Below, one piece after another: positions 1 to 13,028 of a stretch of 64,000 nucleotides of DNA. The notes beneath the pieces are model-generated. The model saw nothing but the letters and a program-made list of their open reading frames with translations. It was not told where the DNA came from and did not search any database. A program made the position numbers and the translations under genes. The DNA is from the human T2T-CHM13v2.0 reference genome, Homo sapiens, in assembly GCF_009914755.1 (NCBI RefSeq), contig NC_060933.1, one strand, 5' to 3'. Each line of letters opens with the position of its first letter. Position 1 is the first letter of the stretch.

Positions 1-59
1 CACAGCTCCTCAGCCATTCCAGACACTGTCCTACCTCCGCCTGGAGGGTCCCTCTCACT

Positions 60-323
60 CCGTGACTTAGAGAACTCTTACATTATCCACAAGACCCAGT
101 TCACATGTCACCTCCTTGGTGGAGCCATTCCTGAACTCCACACTCCTACAAAGAAACAATCTCTCCCTTGTCTATGCTTCCATACTTGGTGGCTTTTTGC
201 ACAGACCTCCATTATCACCATGTAGAGTGGCTGTTTGTCTATCTCCCTCCAGGTTGCCTTGACAGTGTGGAACATGGAACATCCTTAGTGCCCCCTAAGT
301 GCTTGTTGAATGAATGAATGAAT
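60..323 (+). mobile_element. L2 LINE 3' end fragment
   Basis: Contains the L2-like aagacccagttcacatgtcacctcc and ends in the L2 tail tgttgaatgaatgaatgaat. Confidence 0.6.
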
Positions 324-945
324 AATGGTTCAGTAGCATGTTATGAGCTACAACACTCAAAAATTAACTGGGAAGTGTTTGAACAAGAGCACTAAGTGAT
401 ACGCTAACATCCCCTTCCCTCCTTCCACCTCTACCCCACATCGAGTCAGGTCACCAGAAAGCCACATCCCTATCCAACATATTAAAGCCCCTGGGTGGTG
501 CTTTCACCAGTCTCTGATGGAATATCAGGCATTCAACACTTTTACGAGGCAAAAAAAGAAAACAGCCATAAAAAGAAGATTGTTTAAAACCTCTGGGGAC
601 ACTGCCCACTAGAATATTCAAATTCCTTATCAATCCCTCCTACAATTCAACACCAGTAAAGTGTTTCCCCTGGTGAGTCATTAATCTGCCTCTGACTAAA
701 CAACAAGAACACTGGAAACCACTGCATGTCTCTTTTGGCTTTGACTGCCAGGAAACTCGGTCAAATTCAGTGTTCAACCACCATAAGCACATCATTGCTG
801 GCTCCTGCCACAATGATCTTCCCCTTTTCTCTATGTAATTTCTGAACTTTTTTTCCAAACTTAACTTAGATACACATACTTGCTTATTTTGCAGGCCACC
901 TCAAGTTCTTTGTGAAAGTGAAGGCTGGGAAAGGTGAACTGACAG

Positions 946-1087
946 AAAAAGAAAGATGGAAGGAAGGAAGGAAGAAGGAAGGAAGGAGGAAGGAAGGAAG
1001 GAAGAAAGGAAGGAAGGAAGGAAGGAAGGAAGGAAGGAAGGATGGATGAGAGAGAGAGAGAGAGAAAGAAAGAGAAGAGGAAAGGAA
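946..1087 (+). repeat. Purine-rich compound microsatellite: (GGAA)n with 18 units, longest pure run 8 (1008-1039), then (GA)n
   Basis: Read directly from the sequence. Confidence 0.95.
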
Positions 1088-1486
1088 TTCCTGGTGCCTC
1101 TTTTCCTGGTAACAACGGCATTCTACTTCCATTTCTCAGTTTTTTCGAAGCCAAAGGCTGAGTGGCGGGGTGCAGAGGTACACACGCAGTCACAGATGTG
1201 TAAGTGTGTTGGTGCACCTACATACTTGGGTACATTGCCCCCGCCAACCCCAGCCCCTAAGAATCACAGGCAACAGCTGTGTTCTACATTTCCTACTTTT
1301 TCTGAGCCCTTGGGGTTCTTTCTTAGGATGTCATTTTAGGCTTCTTCTCCCTCTTCATCAGGGCACCCTGGTGCTGTCCTTGACCATGACCCAGGAACAG
1401 AAATGAACTGAAGTCAGCAATTCACAGATTTCCCACTGCAATGCAACCATTGGGATAAAACTTCCTCTGCCTGCTGCCACAGAATC

Positions 1487-1776
1487 TTTCTTTTTGAGAC
1501 AGAGTCTCGCTCTGTTGCCCAGGCTGGAGTGAAATGGTGCAATCTCGGCTCACTGCAACCTCCACCTCCCTGTTTCAGTGATTCTCCCGTCTCAACCTCC
1601 TGAGTAGCTGGGATCACAGGCACCCACCACCATGCCCAGCTCATTTTTGTATTTTGAGTAGAGATGGGGTTTCACCATGTTAGTCAGGTTGGTCTTGAAC
1701 TTCTGACCTCAGATGATCCACCCACCTCAGCCTCCCAGAGTGCTGGGATTTACAGGCATGAGACACCACACCCAGC
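1487..1776 (-). mobile_element. Alu (S/J type) with TSD gctgccacaga(a/c)tctt
   Basis: Antisense Alu consensus with a flanking direct repeat at ~1473-1488 and 1775-1790. Confidence 0.92.
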
Positions 1777-1794
1777 TGCCACAGACTCTTATAA

Positions 1795-2302
<508 letters not shown>

Positions 2303-3295
2303 TGATAGCCTTTGACCCAGTGGGGGAAAAAAGACTGAACTAGGAGTGATAACACAGGGTTTTTGTCCCAGCTCTGCCCCTTTCTCACTTGTGTGGCTGT
2401 AGGTGAGCTGGGCCAGTTCTATGAATCTCATTTTCACCATGAGTAAAATGAAATTTTAATTCTAGTCCCTAGCTGCCTGCCTACCTCGACGATCATGAGA
2501 ATCTGAGGGGTAAGGAGAGGGACACCACTTTGGAAACTAAGCAATATGAGAGGTTCAGGAATTCTAGCAAGGGACTCAAGGAGGCACGTGCCCCAGGAGA
2601 GTGTGCACTGGGCATCATTTGGGTCCCTAGGAAATTACCTGGAAAAGGACTGCCTGGGGCTGCACCAAGTATTGTCTCATCAGCACGGGGCACCACTGCC
2701 ATAGCATGGAGGAGAAAAGAAACACAGACACGTGAGAAGGAGGGCAGCACAAAAGAGGGCAGCGCATGGGGCAAGGCTGCAGGGCTGGTCACCTCAGATG
2801 GCCACCTGGGGCCAGGAGGCCTCCCTGTCACCTGCTGGGCTCCTGTAGGCTCACCGCCAGGCCACAGGTATCCCTTGGGAGCTGGGCCAGAGCCAGGCCA
2901 ACCATTCCCATTCTGAAGGACCAGACACCTGCCCACCTCTACATCTACCCAGAAGGAGGACAGAAGCTGGAGTGGGTGAGAGGTGTCTCCAGGACCTGGC
3001 TCCAGCGACTGAGGCTGAGCAGGCAAAGGGGTCTGCAAGCCCCTCCTTTCACTGGCCTCTGCTTCCCCACCTGTCTGAGGACCTTCACTGGAGGATCTCT
3101 AAGTCTCCTTCCACTGCTGATGCTCTTTGCCTCTATCACTGGCCACATGACAAAGTCTAGATTCCCTCTTCAACAAATGAATGGCAAGTCAAGAACAAGA
3201 GATGGTGAACCTGTAGGTTAAAGGAGGCTTAGAGACAAATCGATAGTCACAATGTGGACCCTGATTCAAACAAACTGTAAAATAAATAATCATTA

Positions 3296-3618
<323 letters not shown>

Positions 3619-3741
3619 TCATAACATATAATGAGACAATTGGCAATGTGAGCACCAACTGAGTATTTGATGACATGAATGGATGTGCTAACTTTGTGGA
3701 TGTGATAGTGGTGTGGTTATGCTTTTTAAAAGGTCTTGTCT

Positions 3742-4050
<309 letters not shown>

Positions 4051-4111
4051 CTAGAATATTTACAGGTGAAGTGACATAATGTCTGAAGTTTGTTGAAAAA
4101 TAAAGTGCAGT

Positions 4112-4497
4112 TAATAAAATGTGGTATATCTACACAATGGAATACTATTCAACAGTGAAAAGGAGTGGAGTGCTGATACATGTTACAACATGGATAAATC
4201 TCAAAAGCATTATGCTAGGTGAAAAAGTCCAGACATATAGGATAGCCCATAGAGATGCTAGAAGTGGCAAATCTACAAGCACAGAGCACAGATCCATGAT
4301 TGGCTGGAGATGGGGGTGGGATCAGAGATTAACTATAAACCAGCATGAGGGATCTTTCTGGAGTGATGAAACGAGTCCAAAACCAAACTGTGGTGATAGT
4401 TGCATAACTCCTTAAATCTACTAAAAACTATTGATTCATGCACTTACAATGAGTGAATTTTATGATATAAAAATTATATTTCAATAAAGCCATTAAA
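4112..4497 (+). mobile_element. Old L1M (MB/ME-type) 3' end
   Basis: ataaaatgtggtatatctacacaatggaatactattcaacag ... ending in aataaagc, typical of an L1 3' region. Confidence 0.8.
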
Positions 4498-4622
4498 AGA
4501 TAAGTGGAGTGTGTCGGGGGAGGGATATCAGTGCAACAATTGTCATGAGTTGAATCTGGGGGAGGGGTGCTTGGAGGCTGATTAAATTACTCCAAGTCTA
4601 CTTTGAAAGTCTCCGTAATTAT

Positions 4623-4937
<315 letters not shown>

Positions 4938-6145
4938 TTAAAATAAATAAAGTTAAACCACACATATTTGACTCATGGCACCGCCTGTCACCGCTCATCA
5001 GCCATCCAACAAATACCTGTGGAATAACGAGAGAACGCAAGAAGCCAAGGACAGCCAGGAGCTTACTCTCTCGCCTCCTCTTCCTGGTGCCCTGCCCTGC
5101 TCCTTGAAAGCCATCATCCCTGCATCTTCAGGGATGCCAAAGTTCCAAACACAAGAAGTCTAAGTCCTCTTGCCTGCCTAGCACTTTCCAGTTTGCAAAG
5201 TCCTTGCAGGTCCGTGGTGCCCCGGGAGTCCTGGGATGTGGACAGATGCAGAACTAGAGCTCAGAGAGGGGAGCCCTGCTGCCCACCCCGTGTGCAGCAC
5301 TGGTCCCCTACCTGGAAGCAGAGTTAGAGTTGGAGGGGACTTTACTGCCACCCCTGAAGGTACAGCTCAGACACTCCTCCATGAAGGGCCCTGGCCACAC
5401 ACCCACTATCCTCCTCCAGCTGGGGAAAGAGCACTGAATCTGCAAGGAGGAATGCCCTGCGTTCTTTAAACCTGGACACACAAAATTCCACCTGGCAAAG
5501 TGTATGTTAAGGAGTAGTTCTGCCTTGATTACAATGGATCAGATGGGGTGGCAAGGGACCTGGAGACCTGGCTCTGCCCTGGACTCCCATGCAACCAGGG
5601 CCAGACCCTCCCCTTGCCAGGCCTCAGTGACTCCATCTGTCATGAGGGAGATGGACCAAATTCCATTGGGGCCCTTCTGACTCACTAATGTCTGTGCCCA
5701 CCAAGATGGGGTCCTCACTCTGTGGAATGGGGTTCTCCTTGATATGGCCCCAGGAAAGGCTTAGGTTCCCTCTGTGGGCTGGTGAAGATGTTGCCCGTTT
5801 GACCTCAGGTCCCCGAATCCAGAGGCCTGACAGCAACCAGGGGAGGCAGCGTGGCTGAGGAATTCCACTGGGTCTGGGGCCAGGAGGACAGACTTCAAGC
5901 CTGACACGGCCAAGTCTGTGCTGTGTGAAACTAGGCCAGGCACCTCTCACTCTTGGTACCTTTTCTCATTTGTAAGGGGGATATGTGACCTACCTCACAA
6001 GGTTGTGAGAAAGCCCAGAAGAGAGATCAGAATAAAGCCCTGGAGGGCAGGCCTTTTGCGTTTCAGTTTTTGAGTCCCCAGTGCTAGACTCATAAATAAA
6101 TACTTTGAAAATGTCTACTGAAAAAACAGCAGGAGGAATCCTTGC

Positions 6146-6322
6146 AGTGGTAGAAATAGCCTGTATCTTGGACTCAATGTCTATCAGTGTCAATTTATTG
6201 TACTATAGTTTTACAAGATGTTTTTGTGGAGGGAAACTCGGTAAAGGGTGTATAGGAGTCCTCGGTATTATTTCTTACAACTGCATATGAATCTACAGTT
6301 ATCTCAAAATAAAAAGTTTAAT
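6146..6322 (+). mobile_element. Old L1M 3' terminal fragment
   Basis: ...tatttcttacaactgcatatgaatctacagttatctcaaaataaaaagtt resembles L1MC/MD 3' termini. Confidence 0.6.
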
Positions 6323-6851
6323 TGAATGATGCTTGCAGAAATACTCCATAATCTACAAAGTGCTACCATTAATATTAACTAGGGGGAAGTACTACAAAGG
6401 ATGTTGAAGGGCCTTCCTCTTCCAGGAAGCCCTCATGGATTCCCCCTTCTCTGTGTTCCTAAAATGGCTGAGTGTGCCTCTCTCTGCCACAGCACTTATT
6501 ATTCTGCATTATACGTTTAACTGTTTAGGGACATCATCCCCCAGCTAGAGTGTGAGCTTCATAAGGATGAGACAGTGTCTCCCTCATCTTTGTGGCAGCA
6601 GCTCCTGGCCCAGTGCCCAGCTCTGAACAGATGTGACATAAATGCCTGTGGAATCAAATGAACTGGGACAGGTACCATGGCCTGGCTCTTCCAACGGTGC
6701 CAGAGGTGCTTCCCAGGGTCACTGAGAGGATAAGTGATGTCAAGGTGCTTTTATTCATCAGAGGTTGCCACGGACATGGGCCAAACACGCTCTTTATTCA
6801 TTTGTTTCTCCAGAAATGTACTCATGGCCTGGGTCAAAATGGTTTGCAGCA

Positions 6852-7203
<352 letters not shown>

Positions 7204-8566
7204 TCAGTGACTCATCTCCCCCTGTTCTGTTTACAGCCTGCCAGGCCCCCCTCAGGCACACCCCCAGACAGGTTCCCAAGTGGTGGTGGGTACCAGCAGG
7301 GGAAGCCCAGGGAGGCCACCAAAGTCAGACATTTTAACTTCTGTCCGAGAGCAACTTTTCAGCAATGACTAATCAGAAGGCCCTTTTCTTCCCCTGTCCT
7401 CTTACGGAATTTTAGTAAGCCCCAAATCTCAGGGTCTAATGGAGCTCAGGAGTGCTGTAGGCTGATCTTTACCTGGCACTTGAAATCCACCAAATGGGTA
7501 TCTCCAGTGATGGGAACTCACTACTTTCCGAGGCAGCCACACAGCTCCGGTGTGAGAAAGTGCTAAATGCTGGTCTCCCTACATTGGTCCTGGGTGTGCT
7601 CTCTGGAGCTCCAGTTCCAACAGAGGTCCTACAGGTGCCAGTGCCCTCCCTGCCTGGATCCAGCACGGGGCCCCAGGGCCTCCACTCCTCCACCAGACAT
7701 GCTGTCGGACTGGGGCGTATGATGCTTGCTTCTGCTTTCCTGGTAGCCTAGAACCTGACTGATTCATACTGTTCTCACGGTCAAGGCAGGGCTCACTCTA
7801 AGTTCATTAGAAATGGAAAGTGATTAGGTATTTTCTCCTTCCCTTAACCAGTGTGCTATTTGCAAGCTCACAGGTCTTCCCAAATACGTGGACAGAAAGG
7901 TTATCCTGACAAGGCTTAGAGCACAAAGCTCCACTTCTGGAGAATGAGAACTGGGACCCAGTGGCCCAGGACCCGGTAGTCAAAGCCTCCTAAACAGTAA
8001 GATCCCAGTAGGGTTGACTCCTGTGGGGAAGGGGGATGGGGACTCCCTGTCTGGGAAACCTCTGCACCTGCTACAGCTCTGCCTGGCTGGGTCACGAGCA
8101 GCTCCAGAGCCTGATGTGGACAAAGGGAGGGAAAGTTCCAGGGACAAAGCTCCATCTCCAGGTGGCCAAGTTCCACAGGCTTCTTCCAGGCAGTCCATGA
8201 TGGGGCCCAGCTGCTCTTCCCACTACATGGCTAGTAATGGGCAGGGAGGCCATTACCTCCAAGGGAGTGCAGGACTCTTGGCCACAAAGGGGCCTGAATG
8301 AGGGGTCCAAAGGGAGGATCCCCATCCTCAAATACCTAGCATGGGAGGAGAGGGAGCACCCTAAGACTCTCATAGTTCACATTCTTTTGGCATGACTTCC
8401 CAGCTACAAGGAAGACAGAAAGGTTATGTTGGAGGCATGGAGAAATGAAAAGAGAAAACTTCACTCCACATGGCCAGATCAATAGGGTGGCAGGGTGGGG
8501 ACAGGGAGGTGGGCCTGGATGCCCCTCCCCACCACCACCACCTCTGGCCATGTGGGAACCTGCAGG

Positions 8567-8622
8567 CACACACACACATGCACACACACACACACACATG
8601 CACACACACACACACACACACT
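8567..8622. repeat. Interrupted (CA)n microsatellite; (UG)n in the PAX5 pre-mRNA
   Basis: Read directly from the sequence. Confidence 0.95.
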
Positions 8623-8904
8623 CCTCAGGCCAAAGACCACCTCTCTGCCCTTCCGCTCCCTGTCAGAAGGAACTTCCTAACACGTGATGCTCTGCAAAGG
8701 CATACCCAGCCAGCCTCAGGAGGGAGTGCCCTCTGGGTCACCAAGGATTCCTAGGGCCAAACAAAAACTGTGCAAGGGAACTACCAGAAAGAGAAGGCTG
8801 CAAAGGCAAGGCCTCTCATGGTGAATTCAGACTCCCTGGTTTGCCATTCAGAAGACTCTACCAGCTCCCCCTACACCCTCACATACCTTTACTAAGAGGC
8901 GGAA

Positions 8905-9255
8905 TAACTTGCATTGACTGGGTGCTTACTGTGTACCAGGTACTGTTCTAGATGTTAAAATGTATTACTAATAATTCATTTAATCCTTGCAACAACCCTA
9001 CAGGGTAAGTATTACTACCCTCCCTTTACAGATGATGAAAATGAGACACAAGGTGCCAAAATAACGTGTCCAGTTCACCCCCCAGCAGTGCGACTCCAAA
9101 GTCCAAGCTCTGAAACACCACTCTACACCCCCTCTGCCACTGTTACTAACCCCAACAAGTTGCAGATGAGAACACTGAGGTTGACAGAAGTTGAGTAAGT
9201 TGCAGAGCCGGGGGTTAAACCCAGCTTCTGTTTGACTCCAAAGCCTGTGTTCTTT
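8905..9255 (-). mobile_element. MIR fragments
   Basis: MIR core motifs tttacagatgatgaaaatgag and cagatgagaacactgagg. Confidence 0.75.
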
Positions 9256-9539
9256 ACTCTGATTGTAAACTGCTCCACGATGTGCCGGAGCCCTGACGGG
9301 GACACCACCTGCTAGGCCAGGCTCCTCTTCCTGTGTTTGGTGACCTCTTTAGACAACCCACCTGACTCTGCACCTTTGACATGGCCATGCTTTCCCCGCC
9401 GGGCGCCCTCTCACTTTCTCTCCTCCAGTTCCTGTCTATCCACCCCTTCAAATCCTGGCTGAAGAATGACCTCCTATAGAAAAGGTTTCCAGATAGGTTT
9501 AGCCGCAGATGTTGTTAACTTTATCCTTTATTCTCCTCA

Positions 9540-12280
9540 TTTAGACAGAAAGCTCCTACACCGTCAACTCAGAGGACAGCAGGGCTCCCATTTAATGCCA
9601 ACATTAGCAATTCATCTTAACATTAGTGCAAAACAATAGAGAAATAAACAGTAACATGTGGCACTGTTAGCACCATTAAGGAAAAACCAGGCATGTGACT
9701 GTTTGCTTAGTTCAAGTCCTCTCTGTTCTTTACTGAAGGTGATATTCTGGCTTCTAGAAAGATCAGAAACTAAAGGAAGGAGACACTAGGCTTAGGATTT
9801 AGCTATGATGTGTAAGCCCAAATTTTAGCTAATGTCAATAATCTAGACAAAACTAGCACAGCGACGGTGGTGTTTCTGCTTGTATGCCTTTTTATCAGGG
9901 TTAACTTTACTTAAGAGCTTCTGCTTTTAATTACGGAAATATATTTGCATTTTGTGGTTATGTGTTAATTCCATGAATCTTGCATTTCATACCTAGAAAC
10001 AAAGCATAATAATTATTTTTCGTGCTAATACCTATAATTTACTTAGACAAGCAAGCCATTTGCCTTGAGGCTAGACATGTAAACAAACACACGTCTAAAG
10101 GCTTGGTCTGAGTTGGATTTTTAATAATTTCTTCTCCCTTACACACACACATATATTAATTTAGACTCCTGATTTTATTTCCTTCACCTCTTTCCCACAA
10201 ATCAAAGCTCAAATAACATAAAACTGCTTGCTAGAAATAGGCTTCCCACAAACAAACAAAAGCTTTCAAGCCAAAAGCAACTGAGATGTTCACATCTCCC
10301 CATCCAACCGTCTCCACCTCCTCTGCCTGGTCCAACAAAACAGCCTCTCTCTGCCCAATTGCCCTGGAAAACCCTGGAATATTTCATTTTTATTTCCAGG
10401 AAAGGAAGAGGTTTTATCCCCAAATAAAAGTTCAGTAATAACAGTAGGCTGGGAAAACCCAGGCAGGATCCTTCCTGCCACCCTCTGTCAAGCTCACAAA
10501 GAGAAAAATCGTACCATCCGACATGGTTGGGAGAGTTTAATCCAAAGCAGTGCTAATTAATATCCCCGGCTTTCCAGAAGTCAGTGCCACATACAGCTGC
10601 GAGGGCAACAAGGCTGTTCTCCCTTCAATTTTATGGGAAGAACATTTTCATTACAAAGCCTCCTCCCAGACCCTCCTCTCTCAGCCAGATTAGCCTCGAG
10701 AAGGAAGCGGATGATCCATATATCAGAACTCCTTCTCTCCCCATTAATTTTATTATTTATATCCCATTTTAAAAGTTTATTGGTGCAACTCCCTATGCAC
10801 CTGGCCAGGGCCTTTCTGACAAGCAGCGGCCCCTTCCTGTGTCCCCTTCTCAGCGGGAGTATGTACATTCTGTCACCAGAAAGGGCCAACTTTTTAAATT
10901 TGACCTAGGGCAAAGCTCCAATGGTAGTTGCCCCACCACCCTTTCTTTCTTAAAATAAATGTGGAAGGTTCTAAACTGGCCCTTTCATGAAATATGTGTG
11001 GGTTTTACTGCTCAGTATGGGCTGTGGGTGATCCTCAGAGACCCTTAAAGCCCTGGGGGATGCCCTACGTGTCCCCCACCCCCAGTCAAGCATCCTTAGC
11101 CGTTTGAGCAGGGCTGACCCATTTTTAACCCAAACCACCAGACCCTGGGTAGGCCCTGCTGAGACCACGTGTCTTGCCATTTTGTTCTGAAACCCCACGT
11201 GCTCAAGGCTGTCTCTTTCCAGCCTCCTAAAGGGACCCCAAATCCAATCTAAATGTCTTGAATTTACCTGTTTGTCTTTTATACATATAAATAACTGCAT
11301 TTCCATTCCCTCTTTGTTTCTCATTTTCATTTGGTTCTAATATCTGCATGTAAATGTCGGAAAATAGCATCTGTAATTGGAGATTATGAAGTATGGCCAG
11401 CTCCTGACAGCCTGCTAAGGAAGATGGATTATCCTCATTTTTCTGTAAATTTTGTCAATTTTGGAATTCATAAGCTATCAACACTGATCAAAATGGGACT
11501 TCACAGCTGTGTCAAAAAAAAAGAGGGAGAGAGAGAGGGAGAGAGAGAAAGAGCAAGAGAAAGAGAGAGAGAGTGAGAGAGTGCTCGCGTGCGGGTGCAC
11601 GCTGGCGTCGTGTGGGCGCAGCAGATTGGATGCCCAGTGTCCTCGTGGCCACTCTCCTCCTGTCACCCTCCCCTCGACGCGGGGCCTCACTGGAACTCGG
11701 GCTGGGGCTGCCTAGTCCCCTGGCTAAATCAAATAGCTAAATCACAGGGCTGGAAGGCTGCAAATCCTGCAAGGCACCCACTCCAGCCGGGGCTTAATTT
11801 ATTGCCCGGCGCTGCCTTCCTTATTTATCCTGAGGAGTCTGAGGCTCCCCTGCTCAGCCCCGGAGATGTTCTACTCCTTCCAGACCATCACAGCCCACTT
11901 GAGGCAATTGCGTTGGTCTCTCTCTCTCAATTTTCCCATTACTGGGAGTAAGTACTGTTGGGACTCTGTAATGGCCCGACTGCAGCCCATATCAATAACA
12001 GATGAGGTTTAATCGTCCAACACAAAAATTATTTAGGCGCAGTAAGGACATTCAATGTCATTTACATAATGGCATTTCTATCGCACGCACCTAACCCATC
12101 TTGCATAAACAAGGCCTTGGGACCATAAATAATAATAAATCATGACGTCTGCACGCCTCTTGTGGTAATAGGAGCCACTCTTTGTGGAAATTATTTCAGC
12201 AGGAAATGGGCACTGTAATTTTAAAGACGTGTGGCGCAGTGAGGCGCGGTAAATCACATGCTTGCGCACACGACCCCCAG
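9540..12280. promoter_or_regulatory. Repeat-free region with several TAAT/homeodomain-motif-rich blocks; candidate conserved developmental enhancers
   Basis: No Alu/MIR/L2 recognisable for ~2.7 kb. Dense TAAT/ATTA, TGATTTAY, octamer-like and SOX-like motifs, with locally retained CpGs. Conservation is inferred, not measured. Confidence 0.55.
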
Positions 12281-13028
12281 GAGCAGCCCTGGGACCCGCC
12301 CTGAGCCCACGGCAACATCCCCAGGGTGCCTGGAGGAGGAGGTCAGGTCTCCAGGGGAAAACAGGCCCTCTAGAAGTGGACACCAGGATGTGCTGCTGTC
12401 CCAGGAACAGCAAGCAGGAGAAGGCAGGGCTCTCAGTGCACAGCACCAGGGAGAATCGAATTTGAGTCTGGAGAGGCACCCAGGCATCAGGGTCAGAAAT
12501 CATCTCCGTCCAGGAGTCCAGAAGCTCCACAAGGGCAGTGATTTTCATCTGCTTTGTTCTCTGCTGAATCTCCAGGTACCTAGAGCAGTGCCAGGCACCC
12601 GGCAGGTACTCGGAAAATATCCTAAAGAAACGCAATGAGAGGAGAAGATTCCGGGTCCAGGTAGAGAGTGGATAATTAGAGCCCTGAAAACAGGTTAAGT
12701 GGGAGAGACAGAGGCCCAGGCACAAGGGGTAATGAAGGCAGGAACAGGCCCAGAAGCACTAGAGCTGCTGCTGGTGAGCAACAGAGTGAAAATGCCCAGT
12801 AAACGCTAAACCATATTGGAAGGCAGCTGTAGGGTAAGAGAAAGCACGGATTAGCGTGCAAGGGCGTGGCCTGCACAGCCGCTAAGCCAGCAGGCTCAGG
12901 AAGCAGACAGAGCTGGGTTAGAACCCCAGCACCACCCATCACAGACCCTGGCCTTGCCCCTGTGTGCCTCAGCTACCTATCTGTGGAACACAACTCATAA
13001 TAGTTTTTCCCTTACAGAGTTGTTCTGA

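Noticed and set aside
861-1339. LPSF/EGRK repeat ORFs
   Set aside because: Translations of the GGAA microsatellite.
12078-12725. 215-aa minus-strand ORF as a hidden PAX5 exon
   Set aside because: Runs through an L2 fragment, has no PAX similarity and lacks convincing splice boundaries.
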